Below are positions 18,121 through 25,787 of a stretch of DNA of 32,000 bases, in pieces. The stretch spans positions 5,490,001-5,522,000 of the forward strand of contig NC_008312.1 of the NCBI RefSeq assembly GCF_000014265.1. Direction: 5' to 3'. The notes under the pieces are model-generated. The model was not told the origin of the DNA, made no database searches, and saw only the letters and a program-made list of their open reading frames with translations. The stretch comes from Trichodesmium erythraeum IMS101 (GTDB lineage Bacteria > Cyanobacteriota > Cyanobacteriia > Cyanobacteriales > Microcoleaceae). Each line of letters starts with the position of its first letter. Within the stretch, counting starts at the first letter, position 1. The position numbers were made by a program, and so were the translations under genes.

Positions 18121-19496
18121 CGGGACTTTAGCAAATTTCAAGCCCAAACAAACCCTAAACTCTCTTTATGAGCGGTAAATACCTCGATGTTTTCATCTAA
18201 CCACTCAACAAAACGATAAGATATTGCGGTACAAAATGCTTCTAAAGTATCAGTAAACGTATTTAATGGTTTGTTAGCCCAACGCCTTCTTATACCTCCT
18301 GTTAACTGATGCCAGATAATAAATGTATAAGCACAAAATACTAAAATAAAATGCCTTTTAAGGCTGATTTTATCTCTGACTTGATATTCTCTTAATCCTA
18401 ACCATCCTTTGGCTTCCCTGTAGAAAACTTCCACCCAATTTCTTTGAGAATAAGTAGAATATATCCACTCAGGAGTTACATATTTGTCTTCTCTATTAGT
18501 GATATAATAGTTAATATCAGTGGCCTCAGAAAAACTTTTAGCATTCATAACGATAGCTATAGTTTTTTGACCTGACATCCTAGATATTTCTACTTCTAAT
18601 GTAGCTACCCAAACTTCTCTAGCATTTTTTGTACTTAGTTGAACTAAGTTGAAAGCTTTCTGAGGTATACTTTCTGCCAGCTTGTCTAATCTAATTTCCT
18701 CTTTAATGTCATCTTGTTTTTTAATGATGACTTTTCGATTTTTAGCTAATCCTCCTATATAAGTTAAACTTCTTTTCTCTAGTTGATTTAAGAATGATGT
18801 ATTGTTACCATAGCCAAATTTCAATTAACACAATTTCTGGTTGGTGTCCTCTGGACAAACATTGATCTACTAGAGACATTGCACTCGTCTGGTTTCTTGA
18901 CAAATTCTGGGTCTTTTTTTCCTTTTGGAAAAGAATCAGCTTTCTGATACAAAGCTATGTCTAAAGGTAGACTTTTAACTCCATCATAAAGATGAGTTGT
19001 CACCACGACTACACCATTATCTGTTTTTCCTATTTCTCCTATATATTGCCGCCCTACTCCTGCAGTAAAATTACCACTTTTTCTGTGGCCTGAATCGTCT
19101 ATAATTAAAGCAATAGGATCGAGAAGGTTTTGTTTGGCGACGTTCCCACATTACTTGAAGACGACGCTCATTCACAGCATCTACAGACCAATTTGCTCGA
19201 ACTAGAAAATGCCGTAATTTGTGGTACGTGTGACCTACAGTGTTGTTGGCAATTTGAGACAAGTTTTTTCGATCGCTTTCTCAAGAGTAATCCTCCTATA
19301 TATTCCCTAAACCCTGTTTTTTGGGCTTTTGTTTTAAAGACATTGTTAAAGCGATCGCACCATCGATGGAAACAAGAGGGCATGGCCACTGAAGTTGTTT
19401 CTTTCATCAAACTTTTCCCAGGCCAGTAATTAACGTAAAATACATATCAGGTATACATTATACCCTTTTTTTTACTATTTTTTCACTAAAGTCCCG
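18121..19496 (-). mobile_element. IS701-like insertion sequence, complete ends
   Basis: 11-bp terminal inverted repeats: CGGGACTTTAG at 18121-18131 and CTAAAGTCCCG at 19486-19496. A 4-bp direct repeat ATAG flanks both ends (18117-18120 and 19497-19500). Length is 1376 bp, and the transposase reading frames are on the minus strand. Confidence 0.8.
18138..19410 (-). pseudogene. IS701-family DDE transposase, disrupted by several frameshifts
   Basis: Four ORF pieces (19410-19168, 19262-19071, 19006-18821, 18824-18138) sit in frames 0/2/1/2. Together they spell the family pattern (ALIIDDSGHRKSGNFTAGVGRQYIGEIGKTDNGVVVVTTHLYDG...GYGNNTSFL...). At least three frame changes are needed. Confidence 0.75.
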
Positions 19497-19649
19497 ATAG
19501 TTTTTTATATCAGGATGAAAATTACTTTCTAAACTGTTTCATCTGTGCTTGCCCATGGAGTCTTATAAGTCTTATAAGAAAATGGGTTTATGGGAGGTAG
19601 ATATTAGTATGGTGCAACATTTAATATCAACCTGGTTTCTATGCTTTTT

Positions 19650-20867
19650 TTACAACGATACTACCGGATTTGATATTAATTCTTCTAAAAAAGATTGACC
19701 AGCTTTTTCCAAATCAGAGTCAATAGCAAATGTCAAAGTACGCAATCTTACTTGACTTTCACCAACTAATTGATTAATATAATTAGTTAGTCTTTGAGGA
19801 TAAATCAAAATAGCTTCGTGACATTTTTTATAAGTTGCATAAGCTACCACTTGGTTAATATCATCTGTCGATGGTCTGCAATCCAACTTATATTTAGTAT
19901 CAAGAATATAAACAACCTTGCAAGTTTTTATTTCATAAATAACTAAATCAATTTTACAATAAATTTTATCATCAACAATTTCTACTTTTTCTTGTTCTTT
20001 AACTCTTAAATTTGAGGATAGATGCAATTTTAACCATTTAGCTACAAATTTTTCATAGAGTTTAGCCATATCTATTAAAAAAGGTAACATTGAGTAATTA
20101 CCCTGTTGATGACTAGCTCCAATATTATCCAAAAAAAATCGACATAAACCGTGTAAAACCTGATAATCTTCATTCAAACGATGATATTTTATATTCAGAC
20201 AATCACTAGATTTAAAAGGTTGTAAAGTTACCAAACCTTGCAAAATATGAAAAGCTCTTGTTACAGTTACAGCGACTTTTTCAGAACAAAAACTACTACG
20301 GCTAATGATAAACAAAGTCCAAGCCAAAATTTGATTATCAGGAATATTAGCAGTATGTTCTTGATAATCACATTTTAAACTAACACCCCAGGGTTTGTGC
20401 ATAACTTGCCGCATATTTAATCGTCCCCGAATATAAGTTAAATTTTCTGTTTTTGGCAGATAAGCACGATGAAAACCTTTTCGACCTCGCTCTAATATTT
20501 TTTGAGCCAGAATATTAACTAAACAGTTGTAAAATTCCTGTAGAGAATTACAGTTAACTAAACCATCTAAAAAACAAAAACTTCTGAGGTTGTAGGCATA
20601 TTCCAACATTCCAAATAGGTTATGAAGTGGTACCTTAGGTTTAAGAATGATGTGAAAATCCAGAGTTATGGGAATATAACCCACCCACCCTTGAGAAGTA
20701 AATTGCCATTTGTTGTTGGTTTTGGGAGTAGGAAATTCAACTTTAATTTTTTGACCTTTTTGATCGTATTCTTGCCATAATTTAGTAGGAATACTATAAT
20801 CAATTTTATCTGGTGAAAACTGGTAAGGTTGATATTCAGTGAGTTCGATGATTTGGGAAGATTTCAT
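19650..20867 (-). CDS. mcrC: McrC-family nuclease subunit of a McrBC-type (type IV) restriction system
   Basis: 405 aa, immediately downstream (63 nt) of the McrB-family gene. The C-terminal PD-(D/E)xK-like motif is IDLVIYE...YILDTKYK, matching the D...(D/E)-x-K core typical of McrC. The N-terminus is typical of the family (IELTEYQ). Confidence 0.85.
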   Translation of the reverse strand: MKSSQIIELTEYQPYQFSPDKIDYSIPTKLWQEYDQKGQKIKVEFPTPKTNNKWQFTSQGWVGYIPITLDFHIILKPKVPLHNLFGMLEYAYNLRSFCFLDGLVNCNSLQEFYNCLVNILAQKILERGRKGFHRAYLPKTENLTYIRGRLNMRQVMHKPWGVSLKCDYQEHTANIPDNQILAWTLFIISRSSFCSEKVAVTVTRAFHILQGLVTLQPFKSSDCLNIKYHRLNEDYQVLHGLCRFFLDNIGASHQQGNYSMLPFLIDMAKLYEKFVAKWLKLHLSSNLRVKEQEKVEIVDDKIYCKIDLVIYEIKTCKVVYILDTKYKLDCRPSTDDINQVVAYATYKKCHEAILIYPQRLTNYINQLVGESQVRLRTLTFAIDSDLEKAGQSFLEELISNPVVSL

Positions 20868-20930
20868 ATTGTTTTTGAAGCAGACATAATAGATACTTTT
20901 TGCATCTGAGATGTGGGGAAAAGTCTATAT

Positions 20931-22550
20931 CTAACAAATTGTCTTTGACATCCGATGTTGAATTTTTTCCCACCGAAAATCATTGACTTTTTCTGGTTGA
21001 GCAAAGAAATATTCCTCTAAATATGGTTCAATTTCCATTTGCCAAATATCTGGAATTTCCTCTGCAATATTTTTTCGGAGAAAGAAGGAAACACCGACTT
21101 GATAGTTGGGGTCGTTTATTTCTTGGTTGACTGCTTCTAAAAGTTGAGTTAACCCCTCCACTGAAAAATTTGTTTCTATTTCCTTGTAGTATTGAAGCAA
21201 TATTTCATACTTAGGGGAGAGAGTGATGAAAGCAAAGCGACGACGAAGTGCATGGTCTACTAAAGCAATGGAGCGATCGGCAGTATTCATAGTGCCAATG
21301 ATGCGAACATTTTTAGGAATGCTGAATAATTCTGCACTACCAGCAAGGGGAATTTTGGCGTCGCGGTATTCCAGGAGGTACATAAGTTCGCCGAAAACTT
21401 GGGAGAGGTTAGCCCGGTTAATTTCATCAATGATGAGTACGCAAATATCTTGATTAAGTGCTGCTTTTTGACAAAATTGTAGGAAGCGACCGGGAACAAC
21501 AGGGTAGGTGAGTTTACCATCTTGGCTTTGGGGTCGAATACCTTGAATAAAGTCTTCGTAGGTATAAGCAGAATGAAATTGGATCAGTTCCCAGAAGCCG
21601 TCACCTCGACTGATTAAGTGTTGGGCGAGTTTTTGAGAGAGGAAAGTTTTGCCTGTACCAGGTGGACCTTGGAAAATAGCCTGTTTTTTACGGTTGATAG
21701 CGCGTATCCATTGGGTGAGTTCTGTTTCTGTGAAGTTTGTTTCTTGGGAGCATTGAGTTAGAGTGTATTCTGGTTGTAAATTAATCACATTTATTTTTTG
21801 ATCTTGATCTTGATTAGTTTTATAGATATTGTCTGTACTCTTTATATTTTCACTAATAAAATTGTATTTTTTTACATCTACCAACCAATAACAAAACATA
21901 TCAAACAAATCATCATCTCGCATTGCAGGTATATTTTGCTTCTGCATTTCTTCAGCTAATTCTAAAATTAGATTATGGCCAGTGAGATTAATATATGGGT
22001 ATTCAGTTAGCTTTTGAGTATGTTTTGTGTTACTTAAATAATTAATTACTTTTCTGGATTTATTATTAATTAAAAGAAAATCATCTGGTTTGACTGCATT
22101 CAGAATAGGTGTTATTATTCCTATTTTAAATTCTCTAGAATATGGTAATTTAGAAAAATTTTTACAAGCTACTAAAAATTTATGATAATCTGTAATACAG
22201 GAAGTTACAAAATTATAAATTGCTCTAGTAATAACAGACCAATCTTCTTGCTTTTCCAACCATTGAAACCATTCACTTAAATCAGTATTGCTAGATTCAC
22301 TCAAGTAAATCCATACACCCTTTTGTCGATTACTGGGAGTATTAGTATGAGGTAAAAGTTTCCATATAATCAACTCTGTTATGTCTTCCCCTGCCTTAGC
22401 AGCAGTAGTTATTTCTTCAAAATTCCGGCGACCTTGTTGACGTTGTTTTTCATAAGATGCTCTATGATTTAATCCTTCTAAGCTATAGGGATATGAGTCA
22501 GAAAATTCTTGAAAAAGTTGAACAAATAAAGTTAGTTGTTGAATTGCCAT
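20931..22550 (-). CDS. mcrB: McrB-family AAA+ GTPase with an unassigned ~270-aa N-terminal domain
   Basis: Walker A FQGPPGTGKTF (about 21645-21671). Walker B and family motif LIIDEINRANLSQVFGELMYLLE. McrB signature MNxxDRS present as GTMNTADRS, followed by RRRF. The first ~270 aa carry no motif I can name. Confidence 0.9.
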   Translation of the reverse strand: MAIQQLTLFVQLFQEFSDSYPYSLEGLNHRASYEKQRQQGRRNFEEITTAAKAGEDITELIIWKLLPHTNTPSNRQKGVWIYLSESSNTDLSEWFQWLEKQEDWSVITRAIYNFVTSCITDYHKFLVACKNFSKLPYSREFKIGIITPILNAVKPDDFLLINNKSRKVINYLSNTKHTQKLTEYPYINLTGHNLILELAEEMQKQNIPAMRDDDLFDMFCYWLVDVKKYNFISENIKSTDNIYKTNQDQDQKINVINLQPEYTLTQCSQETNFTETELTQWIRAINRKKQAIFQGPPGTGKTFLSQKLAQHLISRGDGFWELIQFHSAYTYEDFIQGIRPQSQDGKLTYPVVPGRFLQFCQKAALNQDICVLIIDEINRANLSQVFGELMYLLEYRDAKIPLAGSAELFSIPKNVRIIGTMNTADRSIALVDHALRRRFAFITLSPKYEILLQYYKEIETNFSVEGLTQLLEAVNQEINDPNYQVGVSFFLRKNIAEEIPDIWQMEIEPYLEEYFFAQPEKVNDFRWEKIQHRMSKTIC

Positions 22551-22694
22551 ACACAGTTATTTTAATTTTTGGTGTTGGTTATTTTGACTATGATTGTGCA
22601 AGAATTGCGATGGCCTAACTCTTAACTGAAAATAATTTTTAATTGGGCTAAATAATGGTTTCATAGCTTGATTCACAAACGCCTTATTTTTGAA

Positions 22695-23135
22695 CTATTC
22701 AAAATCATAGTCTACTAATTTCTTAATAATTTCAAATTCATTAGGTTTCAAGTAACGATAGCTTTGAGGTGGCCTAAAAGTATTCAATTCTTGTCTTAAT
22801 TGTTCTAATTCTACTGGATTACTAAAAGTTTTAATTTTTTGGAAAAATATTCCAATCCCCAAATCTAATCCTGAATAATAATCGTAAAATTCTTCCTGGG
22901 TAATTCCTGCTTTTTCTTCGACTTCATCCCAAAGGTAAGAGATATTTTTTTTGATAATTTTTTTGACTTTAAAGTAACCAACTACAGCTTTTTTAGGAGA
23001 TGAAACATAAACTATAACTAAATCATCTTTATCTAAAGAAGGAAAAACACGACGTAATTCAACTTTTTTTGTTTTCTGGTAGAAAATTTTATCAGCATAT
23101 TCTGGCTTTATAGATAAAAGAACTGTATTTGGCAT
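22695..23135 (-). CDS. Stand-alone ASCH (PUA-like fold) domain protein
   Basis: 146 aa. The N-terminal pattern LLSIKPEYADKIFYQKTKKVELRR followed by VIVYVSSPKKAVVGYFKV matches the ASCH/COG4933-type consensus as I remember it. The start is 16 nt after the stop of the upstream gene, with an AGGA about 10 nt upstream. Confidence 0.65.
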   Translation of the reverse strand: MPNTVLLSIKPEYADKIFYQKTKKVELRRVFPSLDKDDLVIVYVSSPKKAVVGYFKVKKIIKKNISYLWDEVEEKAGITQEEFYDYYSGLDLGIGIFFQKIKTFSNPVELEQLRQELNTFRPPQSYRYLKPNEFEIIKKLVDYDFE

Positions 23136-23151
23136 ATTTGAATAATCCTAA

Positions 23152-25257
23152 TTAATTTTTGTTGATTTGATCATATATTTTAGCAAATTGATCTGGTGTT
23201 ATTTTAAAAGGTCCTTGAACAGTTATCTGTTTTTTTAGTATATCTTGAAGTTCTTTTAAAGTTATAGTATTAGTGAACACTTGAGTATCACTAAATCGAA
23301 CAGCCATTATATCTTCATTAGGATCATTGTTGGTGATTTTTATTAAATCTTCTAATTTATATATACCTAGATTACGAAATTGTCTATATAATTTTTCTGG
23401 TTTGTCTACTATGACTTCATCTAATCGAGAACAAGCTTTAATTACTTTTGTTGTCCCGTATGGAAAAGATTTATCATTGCTGACATACCATATAATCCTA
23501 CCAATTACACCAGGTTTTAAACCGCCCTTAGAACGATAAAATACAAGTTCACGTTTAAGTGCTAATTCAGTTTTAGAGCCAAATAACCAATAATTAGCTA
23601 ACTCTTCATCAAATAAATCTTTTGCCCAAAATGGTTTAATAGGAATAATCCATGTAGGCACATTAGCATCAATTATTTTTGCAGGCCACAGAAAACGTTC
23701 TATTTCTATTGTAGTTTGTGAATTTTTCGTTGATTCAGATTGACTAATAGTTTTTGCAAATTTTATACAAAAATTTGATTGATATTCTAATTCAAATTTA
23801 GCTAAATCATTGAGACGCTTAGATAGATTAGATGCTGTTTCTGCTACGGGAATATTTACCTTTATATATTCTCCCTTATTCTTAATAAAAGCATCTTCTT
23901 GAATAGCTTTAACAACTATTTCTTCTAAATAGGGGTCAGTGATTCTTGTAAAATATCTGTTCTCCTGAGCTGAAATTATTATGGCATGAAAAATTAAATA
24001 ACGTGCAAGTGTTCCACCTAAAGAATTATCTTTAACTCTTAGTAATGGAATTTCTAATTCAGAAGATTTTGATTTATTATAAACAATTAAACCGACTGGT
24101 TGATTTTCTTCCATTACAAGCTGATGACATATAAACTTAGAACAATTACTAATAAAACTGCGAATTTTTTGCTGAAAATATTCTTTTTTCTCACCATTTT
24201 TTTGACTCCAAAAATAATCAGTCAGCCCCTTGATTTGATTGATCGGTACAGATTGAAGATTGATTTGATTTGAACCCGCTAATCGTACAGGTTGATATGT
24301 AGTGCTTCTACGAATTTCATCTAGGTTAATAATGAGGTTACTAGGATTAGTTATTTCTAGCTTAAAAATTTTATAGATTTCATCGGTTAAATTTAAAATA
24401 TGTGAATCACGAGTTACAAAAATTAGGCATTCAGAAGCAAGTGTCATAGCTAGCTGACGTATTTGTGATTGATCAAGTTTGAGATTACTTCCTTCCATAA
24501 ACTCTATAAAAGAGTTTAAAAAAACCTCAAAATTTTGCTGATTATATGGTAATTTTGTAAACTTTTCTGCATTGAGACGTTGATATTTTCTATCTTGGGA
24601 ATCAGTAATATTATTAATAGCATTAAAAATTTCATCAGTGACACATAACTCTAAGTCATCTTGTAGCCAATCAGCAAGTAAAGACTCTGATTCTTCACTT
24701 TTAAAACTATCATTTTCAGACAAATCAAAGAAAACATTTATATCAATAATTGCACATAGTTTAGAATTGAGCTTTTCGGTAGCATTAACAGAAAATAAAT
24801 TGGGATGACCATGATCTAGCCACCAAACTGTTAAGGGTTTTCCTTCCTTACTTTTTCCAGGCTTTTCATTTAAGGGAACAAAGCCTAACTTAGACCACAT
24901 TTCGTCTAATCCATAATCGCGACGGCATTTTAACTTAATACCATAAAAATCTTGATGCCTTTGACTTAAATAATTTACTAGTGTCCTAGTCAAACCCCTA
25001 CCGCGGGATGATTCAGCAACACATAAATGAACTATTACAAGATGATTACTTCGACGAACCTTTCGGTACATCAGATAACCAATAAAATTTTCTTTTGGAT
25101 CTAAAGCTATAATAATTTGGCCACGTTTTGCATAATCAAAAAAAGTATCGTAGGATAAATGACCTAGGGTTTTTGTATTAGCATCGCCCAATTTAATAAC
25201 AGCTTGTAAATGGGGAGATTTTTCGTCAATTTCTATAGTTTTTATTTTTTCTGTCAT
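23152..25257 (-). CDS. Multidomain protein: GNAT acetyltransferase, PIN-like nuclease, second GNAT-like region, C-terminal ASCH-like module
   Basis: 701-aa ORF. In aa ~60-135, IVHLCVAESSRGRGLTRTLVNYL resembles the GNAT motif A acetyl-CoA site, followed by WSKLGF. In aa ~168-300, CAIIDINVFFDL, VTDEI and LIFVTRDSHI give PIN-like acidic residue spacing. In aa ~385-450, GGTLARYLIFHAI looks like a degenerate second GNAT. In aa ~520-690, IIPIKPFWAKDLF...GRIIWYVS...LKELQDIL...ITPDQFAKI parallels the downstream ASCH protein motif by motif. Confidence 0.7.
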   Translation of the reverse strand: MTEKIKTIEIDEKSPHLQAVIKLGDANTKTLGHLSYDTFFDYAKRGQIIIALDPKENFIGYLMYRKVRRSNHLVIVHLCVAESSRGRGLTRTLVNYLSQRHQDFYGIKLKCRRDYGLDEMWSKLGFVPLNEKPGKSKEGKPLTVWWLDHGHPNLFSVNATEKLNSKLCAIIDINVFFDLSENDSFKSEESESLLADWLQDDLELCVTDEIFNAINNITDSQDRKYQRLNAEKFTKLPYNQQNFEVFLNSFIEFMEGSNLKLDQSQIRQLAMTLASECLIFVTRDSHILNLTDEIYKIFKLEITNPSNLIINLDEIRRSTTYQPVRLAGSNQINLQSVPINQIKGLTDYFWSQKNGEKKEYFQQKIRSFISNCSKFICHQLVMEENQPVGLIVYNKSKSSELEIPLLRVKDNSLGGTLARYLIFHAIIISAQENRYFTRITDPYLEEIVVKAIQEDAFIKNKGEYIKVNIPVAETASNLSKRLNDLAKFELEYQSNFCIKFAKTISQSESTKNSQTTIEIERFLWPAKIIDANVPTWIIPIKPFWAKDLFDEELANYWLFGSKTELALKRELVFYRSKGGLKPGVIGRIIWYVSNDKSFPYGTTKVIKACSRLDEVIVDKPEKLYRQFRNLGIYKLEDLIKITNNDPNEDIMAVRFSDTQVFTNTITLKELQDILKKQITVQGPFKITPDQFAKIYDQINKN

Positions 25258-25787
25258 TTTTGATGCTTTTTGAAATCACTTAAGGAGACTTAGGTGTTTA
25301 ATCTTAAAAATTCATGGTTCGATTGTCATTTATGACTTCATTTATCAACAACCATTTAGAGGTGGTGTATATATGACTTTCTCTTAGGTAACTTCCATCA
25401 AATAAGTTACTTTTAAATGTTTTATAACGGTAGGATTATAAGTATTTAATATTTTTGACAAAAATCTATATTTCAACTTTTTTATTGCTATAAATAGCTT
25501 GATATTATTTCAGATCTTAAAACATAATTTTCCCTAAGTGGGCAAATTTCGTGCAATATGGAATCAATATGACTAACTCCATATCTGTCTACCAGGAAAG
25601 TTTATTTTATCTCTTAAAACCGAATTTTGTAGTAGGTTAAAGATTTTACTATTCATATGACGAAAAGAAAATATAGGCAAATTAAAATTTTTTGTATATA
25701 AAACACAAGCAAAACCCAAGACAATGTGATGATACAAAGAAATAAGTTTAAAATTCTGAATATACTAACAGAAAAATCTAAAATCTA

